Source of the DNA: a virus | Taxonomy: Duplodnaviria > Caudoviricetes | IMG/VR virus record: IMGVR_UViG_3300020045_010359 | Span: 1 to 60,567 of that record | DNA length: 60,567 bases | Reading direction: 5' to 3' (one strand) | Shown: positions 49,118-58,563 of the stretch, in pieces | Position numbering within the stretch: the first letter of the stretch is position 1 | Layout of the letters: every line of letters begins with the position of its first letter | Notes under the pieces: generated by a model | What the model was told of the DNA's origin: nothing | Database searches by the model: none | Seen by the model: the letters and a program-made list of their open reading frames with translations, nothing else | Made by a program: the position numbers and the translations under genes

Positions 49118-50254
49118 TTATATTTTAATGTCAATTTCTAATATTCTACCGTCTTCATAATCATAAACTTGTGCTAAAACACTTGGTACATTATAATAAT
49201 TTTTGGAATCTGTCCATTTATCAGACGTTGATAAACAAGGATATTGTCTAATAGTTAATCTACCATCATTGAAAGACCTGCTAAAATGCTTATCACCAAC
49301 AGAAAATTCAATAAATTTATTTGTATATTCTTTTGGAAAAAAGTTAGCAAATATATCTTTTGCATATTTTAAATCCATATTACCATGATGTAAACAAATA
49401 CTTGTATTTCCCATTGTTACACATTTTCTTACTGAAAAAACAGAATCGAATGTAATTTTATTTACATTTCTATAATACGCTTCTAATGTTTTACCCAAAT
49501 AATAAGACGTTGTTAAATCGTGATTTCCTGAAAGTTGAATGACTTGTAAAGTATTACAGTTATTAAGCAAATAATCAATAGATGAAATACTAAGTTGTAA
49601 ACCAAGTTCAAAAGCTTTATCAAAATGTAAACTATTATCTTGTGGTGTACCATTTGTTGTAGTGTTAAAATAAGTATCTGTATTAAAAAAATCAGAGCCG
49701 ACAACATAAATAATAGTATCTACATTGTGATAACGTTTTGCTGTTTCTACTGTTTTTACTAAACATGAATAATATTTTTCACATTTATCTTTTGGTGTAG
49801 AACCATCTAAAGTGAGTTTATTAATATGAAAATCTGTTTGATTTATAAATAATCCACAAGGTCTTTTTTCGACACTAACTGGACTTTCTTTAATATAATC
49901 AGTCGTAGAAGGTTTAAAGGATTCAATTGCTTTTAAAAGAATATCTTCTTTTTCTTCTGCTGAAGTAAAGCTGTAAAGCATTTTACCAGAAGCATTTTGC
50001 CACATACTTTTAACTTTAAATCCTTCAGGAACAGCAATAAAATCATTAGCTTTATTTACTTCGACTTCTTGAACTTCATCTGTTTCTGGAAGAAGTTTAC
50101 CTGTTCTTACATAATATCTATACCAATCAGATAATTGTTTTAATGTTTTACTTGTTGGTTCTAAATTAAATTTTTCAGCAATTTCTTTCCATGAAAACAT
50201 ATCTTTGTTGTTAATAGCAAATTCTGTAATTTCTTCTCTTAAACTTTTTTTCAT
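49118..50254 (-). CDS. Metallophosphoesterase with N-terminal HTH-like region
   Basis: TDFH, GSDFFNTD, GNHD, HHG, GDKH motifs. Confidence 0.8.
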   Translation of the reverse strand: MKKSLREEITEFAINNKDMFSWKEIAEKFNLEPTSKTLKQLSDWYRYYVRTGKLLPETDEVQEVEVNKANDFIAVPEGFKVKSMWQNASGKMLYSFTSAEEKEDILLKAIESFKPSTTDYIKESPVSVEKRPCGLFINQTDFHINKLTLDGSTPKDKCEKYYSCLVKTVETAKRYHNVDTIIYVVGSDFFNTDTYFNTTTNGTPQDNSLHFDKAFELGLQLSISSIDYLLNNCNTLQVIQLSGNHDLTTSYYLGKTLEAYYRNVNKITFDSVFSVRKCVTMGNTSICLHHGNMDLKYAKDIFANFFPKEYTNKFIEFSVGDKHFSRSFNDGRLTIRQYPCLSTSDKWTDSKNYYNVPSVLAQVYDYEDGRILEIDIKI

Positions 50255-50284
50255 TAAGTTATTTTTTTGTTGTTAATTATAGTA

Positions 50285-50292
50285 CAAAGTTA
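50285..50292 (-). promoter_or_regulatory. Bacteroidota -7 promoter element TAACTTTG
   Basis: TAnnTTTG about 30 nt upstream of the phosphoesterase start, just after a terminator; no clear -33 box. Confidence 0.45.
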
Positions 50293-50332
50293 GCATAAAA
50301 TTTAGTATGTTAATGAAAATTCATAACAAAAT

Positions 50333-50375
50333 AAAACAAAAATAGCCAAGTGAAAAATTAATTTCACTCGGCTAT
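50333..50375 (-). terminator. Intrinsic terminator after holin-like gene
   Basis: ATAGCCGAGTGAAA-loop-TTTCACTTGGCTAT followed by T tract on the minus strand. Confidence 0.75.
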
Positions 50376-50379
50376 GTTT

Positions 50380-50703
50380 TTACTTTTTAATAAATTTTTC
50401 AATATATTCAAAACGAGAATCTATTTTCTTTAATGTTTCTGTCATTTCAGATAATACAACTTGCATATCTTTTATAACACCTAAAGATTTTAATTCCATA
50501 TCAATAACTTGCGCTTGTAATTTATCAATTCTTTCTTGATTTAATAAATCTTTTTTATAGAAAAACCAAACAGCTACAATTAAAAGTAATACTACACTTA
50601 CTTTTTGTGCGAATTCATAAAGTAGAGGATTTGTAACATTCATGTCTGCTTGTAAAAAAATTGGTAAAATATTTAGTATGTATGGGATTGTTAATGTTAA
50701 CAT
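50380..50703 (-). CDS. Putative holin-like membrane protein
   Basis: One TM helix plus coiled coil, close to endolysin. Confidence 0.45.
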   Translation of the reverse strand: MLTLTIPYILNILPIFLQADMNVTNPLLYEFAQKVSVVLLLIVAVWFFYKKDLLNQERIDKLQAQVIDMELKSLGVIKDMQVVLSEMTETLKKIDSRFEYIEKFIKK

Positions 50704-51473
50704 GTTGGTGTTAAAGTTAAAGTTTTTGTTATTATACAGTTTTCTTTATTTGTTAAAACAAGTTCAAACGTTACGTTTTTAGTGCAAGCTAATCCTGATT
50801 GAGAGATTGCTAACGCTGAACTTTCATTATTTGTAAGAAGTGGTAAACTTGAGTTAGATGAAATCCAATAATATGAAATAATATTAGAAGGTATTGCAGC
50901 TGTGTATTCTAATAAATAACTTGACACACCATATTGATTGTCAAATTGTAAAGTTGCAATTATGTTATTATTTTTTTCTACATTTGTAAAAACATGACAT
51001 GGATTTATATAAAAATAAAATGTTGTTGCGCAACCAGTTGCATCTACTATATCAATTTTAAATAAATTATTAGTAAAACAATTTTGTATCGTTGATGTAA
51101 TATTTAAATTTAATATAGCAAAAGGCGGTGTTGAATTATTATTAGAAATTATTCCTGTACAATTTGTACACGTAAAGCAATTTGTAGGTGCTGTAACTGT
51201 ATAATTAAAAGGACTGTTTCCTTTTAATTCAAGATGTAAATTAAAACTTCCATCTTGTAAAACTTCTGTACAACCAATTTTTTCTATTGTTGTACAATTT
51301 GTTGTGCACGTATTGCAAAATAAATCTTTATTACAATAATATTTTAACATTAATATTTTAAAATATTTTTTTAATTCTTCATCACAAGGTTTTTCTCCAG
51401 CATATTCTTTTTGAATATAAGTGTATAATTTATTATACAAATCAATTTCACTATTTGCATGTAGTACAATCAT
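50697..51473 (-). CDS. Cys-rich structural protein with Ig-like segments
   Basis: DIVDATGC and LTNKENC motifs; within late operon. Confidence 0.5.
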   Translation of the reverse strand: MIVLHANSEIDLYNKLYTYIQKEYAGEKPCDEELKKYFKILMLKYYCNKDLFCNTCTTNCTTIEKIGCTEVLQDGSFNLHLELKGNSPFNYTVTAPTNCFTCTNCTGIISNNNSTPPFAILNLNITSTIQNCFTNNLFKIDIVDATGCATTFYFYINPCHVFTNVEKNNNIIATLQFDNQYGVSSYLLEYTAAIPSNIISYYWISSNSSLPLLTNNESSALAISQSGLACTKNVTFELVLTNKENCIITKTLTLTPTC

Positions 51474-51918
51474 TGGTTGTCATGGTTAAAGAGTTAAACA
51501 TATCATTAAGTTGTTCACAATCACATGTGCAAAATTGTACTGCTTTTAAAATATAATGTTTTAAAAAATCATTTTCTTTTGTTAATAAACAAACAATATC
51601 ATTATCAACCAAAATACAACTTTTGATTGTTTCAGTACCGTTTAAATTCACTAATGTAAATGTGATTTCATAAATACCATTTTCTACAAATGTTGAAGAT
51701 GTAGAACCAACAATTGCTGGTGTTAAATATCTAATTCCTGCTATTGTTGTATAATAAGATGTATTATTTTTTCCATTAATTGTTGTTTCTGTACCATTTG
51801 AAATAAGTTTGCTTTTTATTGTAACAGTTGAAAAAAGAGACGGATTTGTTATAGCTAAAAGTATATTAGAATTTTTAACTTGAATAACTTTGTTGGTATT
51901 ATCGTATATTAAATTCAT
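51451..51918 (-). CDS. Structural protein (tail hub-like)
   Basis: NGIYEI, CTCDC and terminal CTTCK. Confidence 0.5.
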   Translation of the reverse strand: MNLIYDNTNKVIQVKNSNILLAITNPSLFSTVTIKSKLISNGTETTINGKNNTSYYTTIAGIRYLTPAIVGSTSSTFVENGIYEITFTLVNLNGTETIKSCILVDNDIVCLLTKENDFLKHYILKAVQFCTCDCEQLNDMFNSLTMTTNDCTTCK

Positions 51919-51924
51919 TTTTGT

Positions 51925-52494
51925 TTATTTGTTTTTTAATAAATTTTTTAAAAAATTGTTCCAATCATTTATTCGATTTAACCAACCCTTTAAAAATTTT
52001 TTTTGAGTAGGCATCTTTATTGTTAAAGAAACTACATAATTTAATCTTTTTTCCATTATATCAGATAATGCTTTTTCTTCTCCTACTTTTGTAACAAAGT
52101 CATTAATTGCAGAAAATGTTTTATCACCAAAAATACCATCAAGTTCTATATTAAAACCTTTATCTTTTAACATTTCTTGAATTTTCAATTTGGCTTTTCC
52201 TGAATTAATAATAAAATCAAAACATGCACCTTGTATAATTGAAGAATTAATTTTTAATAATTCTGATTTTATAAATATATAGTTATAAAAAGCTATAATA
52301 TCTTGATATTTTAAGTTTGTAAAATTTTTGTAAGTAGGTTCTAAATTTAAAACTTTCAAAGCATTAGCTTTAAAAAAAATAAAAGTTATACCATCGTTTG
52401 TTAAACCTCCTAAATCGTAAGGGTCATTTACAAAACCTTTTTCCCATTTATAAACTTGTTCGTAAAACAATTTTTGATAATTTGTATAATTCAT
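51925..52494 (-). CDS. Endolysin, glycoside hydrolase family 108
   Basis: EKGFVNDPYDLGGLTNDGIT, DGIFG.KT, KFLKGWLNR motifs. Confidence 0.9.
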   Translation of the reverse strand: MNYTNYQKLFYEQVYKWEKGFVNDPYDLGGLTNDGITFIFFKANALKVLNLEPTYKNFTNLKYQDIIAFYNYIFIKSELLKINSSIIQGACFDFIINSGKAKLKIQEMLKDKGFNIELDGIFGDKTFSAINDFVTKVGEEKALSDIMEKRLNYVVSLTIKMPTQKKFLKGWLNRINDWNNFLKNLLKNK

Positions 52495-52520
52495 TATTTT
52501 TTATTTATTTTAATTATTAT

Positions 52521-52562
52521 AACTGGTAAGTTTTTTTATTTTATTTAAAAAACTTACCAGTT
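52521..52562 (-). terminator. Hairpin between tail spike and endolysin
   Basis: AACTGGTAAGTTTTTT / AAAAAACTTACCAGTT perfect 16-bp stem. Confidence 0.65.
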
Positions 52563-52593
52563 TATATTTTTTTGATATAATCAAATAAAAATA

Positions 52594-55500
52594 TTAATCG
52601 GTTTTAATTTGAACGTTGTCTATTTGTAAAGTTCTGGCAGTTGTTCCTCCCAACTTTCTCACCATAGCACCGTAACCGTAAAGCCTTGCGCCCGCTGTTG
52701 GTACATTGGTCATTATGTCACTTGCTACTTTTACACCATTTATATAAGCATCAACTTTACCTCCTATTTTGCAAACTATTTTTAATTTATATTTTGTTGA
52801 AGCTGTTACAACTGTATTTAAATCTGTTAGAGTTTCCGTTACATTTGAACGAGTGCTTAAACTCCAGTCACCACCGTTGATATCATGGCGATAATAAAAA
52901 CAAATAGCATCTGTATTATTAGAACCCACTGTTAAATTATCAAAAAAGCCAATTTGCAAATCAAAACTATCTGTACTTGTTGAAAGGTTTGGCACAATCA
53001 CATCACATTGAAAAACATGATTGATACCGTTATAAGGATAGCGAATATTCGACATAGCTGCTGAAGTGCTGCCAAAATGCGCCAAACCTGTTGCTGTTGT
53101 TCCTGTGCTTAGCTGCATACAGCTTGTACCAAATGTCGTCGAATTTGGTGCAACCGTTCCTGCGACTGCACCCGTACCAGAAACGGTGGTGGAAAATTCT
53201 GTATTAGCAATATAAGTTGTAGAATAGCCATTGAACGCTTCCAGCAACCAAACACCGTCATTAAATGGGCTGTCAAACTTACCCAAACTATCAATTACAC
53301 TATCCACTACTGGACCTGTTGGATGAGGAACAGAAACTCTAATACCGTTAAACACTTCTGCTGTATCTCGTAACGCCAAGTAAGGTGTGCCCGTTTGAAA
53401 CCCATTGGGGGTTGAAATAACAGGGTAATAATTACCTAAATCTGTATGACCACTTAATCCTTTTAAAGTGCTTACTATTTGTTTTGTCACAACTCCTGTA
53501 CCATATGGATTTGAATGTGAACCGTCTGCTCCAAAAACGGTAGTATCTGCTTTTGTAATACTATATAAATCAACATACACTGTACCTTTTGTATCACACA
53601 CGCCTTTTAACATTTTATTCCACTCTTGCGCTTTTGCATCAGTAAGTAATGCCGCATTTTCGCCATACGTTACATATAAATTGCGTTCTCGTTCTGTGAC
53701 CCACCATAAAGACGGAACAATAATATTTTTAGCTACCCAGCCTTTTGCCGTCACACTATCTATTTTACTTATTAAAGTAGCTTTATAGGTTGCCGTGTCT
53801 ATTGGGCTTGTTGTTGGGTGCAAAAACTCATTATCTGCAAATCCTATCAACATATAACCGTGCAAAGCACTATTATATATTGGCACTTGGTCGGCAACTC
53901 TCATACCGTTTGCCAATTTTGCGCCACTAAACGCATAATTAACAACATTTGATTGATTTAATGCCAATCTAAATTGATGCTGCATTTTGGTTGTCGTGTC
54001 GGGATGATAATAAGGATTTGATACGTTACTATGTCCAAAAAAATACGAAGTAACATTTTCATTTGTTTTAAATAAATTTGCGCTACCCATTGTTGATAAG
54101 TTCAATTTAGCCCATTTAATAACACCATTTACAGGGACTAAAACCGTATCCGCATTGGTTGTTTGTTGTAAGCCTGTCAATTTTAAAGGGTCTGTGCCTA
54201 CAACCGTGAGTTTGTTTGAGGGTAGTGTATCATTTATTCCAATATTTCCATTTGCCGTAATTACCATCTTTGTAGTAGGTATTACGCCATCTGTATTAGC
54301 TGTTCTTGTAGCAAAATGCCATTCACCATTATAAGTACCTGTGTGTTTAAAAGCTATTGCCCCTGGGTGGTGTCCGTTGCTTGATGCTCTGCCAAAACCC
54401 ATCGTTGTATATGAGTTAATAATATTTTCTAAGTTTCCAACACGCAAATAATAATTTGTACTATCTATGTTTTTTTGTGAATTTGTAGATTTTCTAATCC
54501 ATAAAGGCGTATTATAAAACACGCTTTTATCATCAAAAATCTCAAACTTCACGGCTGTACCACCTGTATTTGTTGCAAATTGTAGTGATTCTCCAACATT
54601 TTGATTTTGCAACCTAAACTCACCCGTAGAAATTGCCCAAAACGCCCCTTGCGGACTTGTTGTTGAATAAGCATCATTAAAAACAGTTAACCCATAATTA
54701 GAAGGGTTTGTTGAATGAATTTCAAGTCCATTAGTCGAGCCTAATTTTAAGTATGCTGATGGTGATGACCCAATAGTAACACGCGGTGCGTTGTTGGTTT
54801 CAATGACCACATCATTAGTATCATTTGTACCAATTGCAAGGGTTGCCCCTGGAGAATCTCCGTTTTTGGTTACTTTTGTGGTGTCTGTGCCACCTGTTGC
54901 AACTTGCGAAATAGCTAACCTTTTCAATACGCCGTTTTGTGATACTATTAATGAATCTGCACTTGTTCCCTCTTGTAATCCTTGTAAGCGTAGAGGGTTG
55001 CCCCTGCTATAATCAGATATTGTTAATCGCTCATTTTGCAGTGTATCTGTTCCGCTACTTGCGCCAATATGGATATTCCCACTAAAATTTCTATATAGAA
55101 TATTGCCATTATTAAAGCCATAATAATTTAATAAATCTTGTGTATTGACTTTCTGCGAAGTGTTGAAAATTGAATTATTAGCTCTTTGCCAACCTAAGTG
55201 AGATAACCCCGCTCCATCGAAAAACACGCCATTTTTATTATACACATAACTGTTATTGTATAAAGTTCCATTATTAGATATATTGCCATTTTGACCTACA
55301 ATAAAAGTTCCTATTGTTCCATGAGGTGCTAAAAGACCAGAATTGAAAGAAGATGCCGAAATCTGTACACCATTCCAAAATGGCAATGCTCCAGTTGATG
55401 AGACATCAAAATAAGTGCTATTAACGGCAAAATCTGGCACTTTTTGCATATCTCTAAAATACCAATCACACGCACCATTTGTGCCACTAAATGTTTTTCC

Positions 55501-57327
55501 AGCCCTAAACTTTGTTCCACCTACCCAATACGAAGGGTTTGAAAAATTAATAATATACCTTGCTGTTGTATCTGCATATATTAATATGTGTGGATATTGC
55601 CAGTATGTTCTATCTACCTTAAAATTCGCTATGCCTGTTCCCCCTGTTAGCCAAATCGAAGCTACTGAGGGGGTATTTTCAAGATGCAAATTATTATAAG
55701 CAGCATCTACATAATTTGTAGAGCCGTTACCGTCCCAAATCGCATTGTGTCGAGGATTTCCCCCCTCATAAATACAATCATTGAATGTTACGTTAGATGA
55801 AACATCTACATAGCTTTGTGTATATTGATTTGTTACACCGTAGAATCTTGCCCCGTTTACGGTTGTTACATTTGATTGTGAATTACTACCAGATGCACCC
55901 GACCATGTACCTTTTCTGATATAAAGCCCTATACTGTCACAATTTTGAAAAAAGCAACTATTAATCTTTGCTGCTAAACAAAATTGCAAATCAAGCAATA
56001 TTTTTGCCCCGTTGAAAGAACAATTTTCAATAACAGAACCGTATGTTGCTCCTAATGTCAATAACGTAGCATTATTTGATGCGCCTGTACCTATAAAATT
56101 AAGATTGCTTATAATTACTCTACTATTTACTTGCTGCCCTGCACTGCTTTGGTCTAATGGTATTTTAATCATACCCTTACCTGTTGCGAAACTAATTTTA
56201 GCCCCGTTTCCTTGAATTACAAGAGTAGGAATTAAACCATTATCACCGAACCATTGGGAAGGACATTGTAAAGTTAAGTTATTGGAAGTGTAATATGTTT
56301 TTCTACCTTTTAATGAAACGGCATATTTTTTAAGTATTGCAGTATCTAACATTTGTTGCAATGCTAAATAATCATCTGTAACACCGTCTCCTTTTGCGCC
56401 GTACATTTCGGGAGTAATTGTAGTTTGTGTGGCAAGTGTGGATTTTATAGAATCTACATAAAAAACAGTAGCCACTTTCTTAGGATTTACATATCCATTC
56501 CGTAAAGTATCTCCATGCTGCAAAAAATTACTTGTTGAATAGTATTTTAATCCGCCCACTAAACCTTGACCTAACAAAAGGTCATCACCATAATATCCAT
56601 TTGCGTCTGGATTAACTTGCGTAGCTGTGATTTTTAAGGGATTTGTTGGGCTTGTAATAATTGTTGTTGGCTGATTTAAAGTACCACCTAATTTCAATGT
56701 ATCTCCACTCTTTGTAATACCATTTACAGCAATAATATTATTTCCAATTAAAACCCAAGCCGTACCATTCCATTGATACAATTGATTTGCGCTATTTTTT
56801 GCTAAATATTGAGAAATTGTTGGAGGAGAAACAGAAGGTAAAACATCGGTTGTTCCAACATAAAAATACACATCTTTTGCATTTATGACATCTGTTGCAA
56901 GTTTTGCTTTAAATCTATTTTCTAATGCCCAAGTTAGTGCAGAATTTAAACCTGCTGGAGTAGCACAATAACCGTTTGTGTTTTTACGAGAAATAACTAC
57001 TTGTCCACTAACAGTTTGAGAAGGGGCAGTACTTATTAATGTTGGTACAGATGTTATTTGTGCTGTTAAAATTGAACCTGAGAAAGTTCTACTTGTTATA
57101 ACAAATGGATAAATAATATTTCTTTCAATATAAAACAAAGAATCTTGAGCTGCAACATTTACTGCACTCCAAAAACCATGGTCATCAATTACAGTACCAA
57201 CAATTTGATAAGTATTAGTGCCAGTAGTACTAAAAGATGTTGTATTTAATTTAACAGTAAAATTTATTGATTGACCATATAATAAATTTGATAAAGTAAT
57301 TAATAAAAATATTAAATATTTTTTCAT
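52594..57327 (-). CDS. Tail spike/fibre: beta-helix (pectin-lyase-like) + SGNH esterase + lectin-like domain, with signal-peptide-like N-terminus
   Basis: YGAKGDGVTDD beta-helix start; FFGHS...G...N...DGSH SGNH blocks; start MKKYLIFLLITLSNLLYGQ at 57327. Confidence 0.75.
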   Translation of the reverse strand: MKKYLIFLLITLSNLLYGQSINFTVKLNTTSFSTTGTNTYQIVGTVIDDHGFWSAVNVAAQDSLFYIERNIIYPFVITSRTFSGSILTAQITSVPTLISTAPSQTVSGQVVISRKNTNGYCATPAGLNSALTWALENRFKAKLATDVINAKDVYFYVGTTDVLPSVSPPTISQYLAKNSANQLYQWNGTAWVLIGNNIIAVNGITKSGDTLKLGGTLNQPTTIITSPTNPLKITATQVNPDANGYYGDDLLLGQGLVGGLKYYSTSNFLQHGDTLRNGYVNPKKVATVFYVDSIKSTLATQTTITPEMYGAKGDGVTDDYLALQQMLDTAILKKYAVSLKGRKTYYTSNNLTLQCPSQWFGDNGLIPTLVIQGNGAKISFATGKGMIKIPLDQSSAGQQVNSRVIISNLNFIGTGASNNATLLTLGATYGSVIENCSFNGAKILLDLQFCLAAKINSCFFQNCDSIGLYIRKGTWSGASGSNSQSNVTTVNGARFYGVTNQYTQSYVDVSSNVTFNDCIYEGGNPRHNAIWDGNGSTNYVDAAYNNLHLENTPSVASIWLTGGTGIANFKVDRTYWQYPHILIYADTTARYIINFSNPSYWVGGTKFRAGKTFSGTNGACDWYFRDMQKVPDFAVNSTYFDVSSTGALPFWNGVQISASSFNSGLLAPHGTIGTFIVGQNGNISNNGTLYNNSYVYNKNGVFFDGAGLSHLGWQRANNSIFNTSQKVNTQDLLNYYGFNNGNILYRNFSGNIHIGASSGTDTLQNERLTISDYSRGNPLRLQGLQEGTSADSLIVSQNGVLKRLAISQVATGGTDTTKVTKNGDSPGATLAIGTNDTNDVVIETNNAPRVTIGSSPSAYLKLGSTNGLEIHSTNPSNYGLTVFNDAYSTTSPQGAFWAISTGEFRLQNQNVGESLQFATNTGGTAVKFEIFDDKSVFYNTPLWIRKSTNSQKNIDSTNYYLRVGNLENIINSYTTMGFGRASSNGHHPGAIAFKHTGTYNGEWHFATRTANTDGVIPTTKMVITANGNIGINDTLPSNKLTVVGTDPLKLTGLQQTTNADTVLVPVNGVIKWAKLNLSTMGSANLFKTNENVTSYFFGHSNVSNPYYHPDTTTKMQHQFRLALNQSNVVNYAFSGAKLANGMRVADQVPIYNSALHGYMLIGFADNEFLHPTTSPIDTATYKATLISKIDSVTAKGWVAKNIIVPSLWWVTERERNLYVTYGENAALLTDAKAQEWNKMLKGVCDTKGTVYVDLYSITKADTTVFGADGSHSNPYGTGVVTKQIVSTLKGLSGHTDLGNYYPVISTPNGFQTGTPYLALRDTAEVFNGIRVSVPHPTGPVVDSVIDSLGKFDSPFNDGVWLLEAFNGYSTTYIANTEFSTTVSGTGAVAGTVAPNSTTFGTSCMQLSTGTTATGLAHFGSTSAAMSNIRYPYNGINHVFQCDVIVPNLSTSTDSFDLQIGFFDNLTVGSNNTDAICFYYRHDINGGDWSLSTRSNVTETLTDLNTVVTASTKYKLKIVCKIGGKVDAYINGVKVASDIMTNVPTAGARLYGYGAMVRKLGGTTARTLQIDNVQIKTD

Positions 57328-57359
57328 TTTATAATTTTTATTTTTTGTTATGTTATTTG

Positions 57360-58514
57360 CTAAAACAAACAAATAAGAGATGCTGTTGTACCCGCAGCAG
57401 TTAAATCTCCTGTTTTTACTGAAATACTTGAACCAAGCGTACTTTCTGTTATTGTAAGAGCAGGAGCTGATTGTATATCTCTATATATATGAGGTGATAC
57501 TGTTGACGGTGCTTGATTGTTTACTGTATAAATTAAACTTACCACAGGATATTCAAGCATTGTTGAATTATTTAAAACTGAAATAACAAGTTTGAACAAT
57601 CCGTCTGCTGTATCAGATAAAGTATCTATGTTAGCTTGAATTCTTTTAACATCAATTGTTCCGTTTGACACAGTTAATGTACCAGTACCAGATGAAATTA
57701 TATAAGACAAAATTGGAGTACCTGTTAATATTTCATATTTAACATCAAGTTTTGTACCTGTTGCTATTCCTGTACCAGCAAGTTGCACACGAGCTTTTGT
57801 AGAACTTCCTGAATTAACGGTTGCCCATTTTATACCTTTTGCTTGTGTACTATCTGCTGTTAAAACTTGTCCATTAGAACCAACTGGTAATTCAACAATG
57901 GTATTTGCAGAAGTTGCAGTATAAAGCGAACCTTTTGCGGTTAATGTTGTTTTATCTGTTTTCATTGAAAGAGCTGTAAAAACTCCTCCACTTTGAACAG
58001 CATTTGTACTACTAATTGTAGGAATAGAATCTTTAATAGTAGAAGAACTTAAATCAGATAAAATAATATAAACGGAAGTTCCTGCAGGGCGTATTGTTCC
58101 ATTAATTACTAAAGTTTGACTTGTAACAATTTCATTATCAACAATAGCAAGTAATGTTTTTACTTCAGATGTTGTTAAATCTTGTGGATTAGCAGTTGTT
58201 CCTGTGTTATTACCTTTTATGGTATAAAAAGGCATTTGTGCCGCTTTTGAATTTGTTACTTTGTTTATTCCTATTGTTGAAACACCACCAGTAGAACCTG
58301 TTTCTACATCACCTGTTAAAGCATTGAAAATAGTACTACCTCCAGAATTTGAATCAACAATTATTTTATTTTCTAAAATTTTTTTATTTATAAAATCAAT
58401 TAAAGAAACTCTTTGAACTTCAATAGACCCTTTGCCAACATTTTCAAGTTCTTCTGAAAAAAATTGACCAGGTAAACATATATCTTTTGGTATTTGATTT
58501 TTACTTAATTTCAT
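57360..58514 (-). CDS. Tail fibre-like protein
   Basis: LTGDV, VTN.K.AQM...TIKGN, KG.L..AT.....LPVG.NGQVLTADS fibre motifs. Confidence 0.7.
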   Translation of the reverse strand: MKLSKNQIPKDICLPGQFFSEELENVGKGSIEVQRVSLIDFINKKILENKIIVDSNSGGSTIFNALTGDVETGSTGGVSTIGINKVTNSKAAQMPFYTIKGNNTGTTANPQDLTTSEVKTLLAIVDNEIVTSQTLVINGTIRPAGTSVYIILSDLSSSTIKDSIPTISSTNAVQSGGVFTALSMKTDKTTLTAKGSLYTATSANTIVELPVGSNGQVLTADSTQAKGIKWATVNSGSSTKARVQLAGTGIATGTKLDVKYEILTGTPILSYIISSGTGTLTVSNGTIDVKRIQANIDTLSDTADGLFKLVISVLNNSTMLEYPVVSLIYTVNNQAPSTVSPHIYRDIQSAPALTITESTLGSSISVKTGDLTAAGTTASLICLF

Positions 58515-58524
58515 TGTGTTTTAT

Positions 58525-58560
58525 AAAAAAAGCGATTGGATAATACAATCCAATCGCTTT
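58525..58560 (-). terminator. Intrinsic terminator after major structural gene
   Basis: AAAGCGATTGGAT-6 nt-ATCCAATCGCTTT with T run on the minus strand. Confidence 0.8.
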
Positions 58561-58563
58561 ATG

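Noticed and set aside
18136-56215. Many short plus-strand ORFs opposite the large minus-strand genes
   Set aside because: Antisense shadows rich in S/F/L with no motifs.
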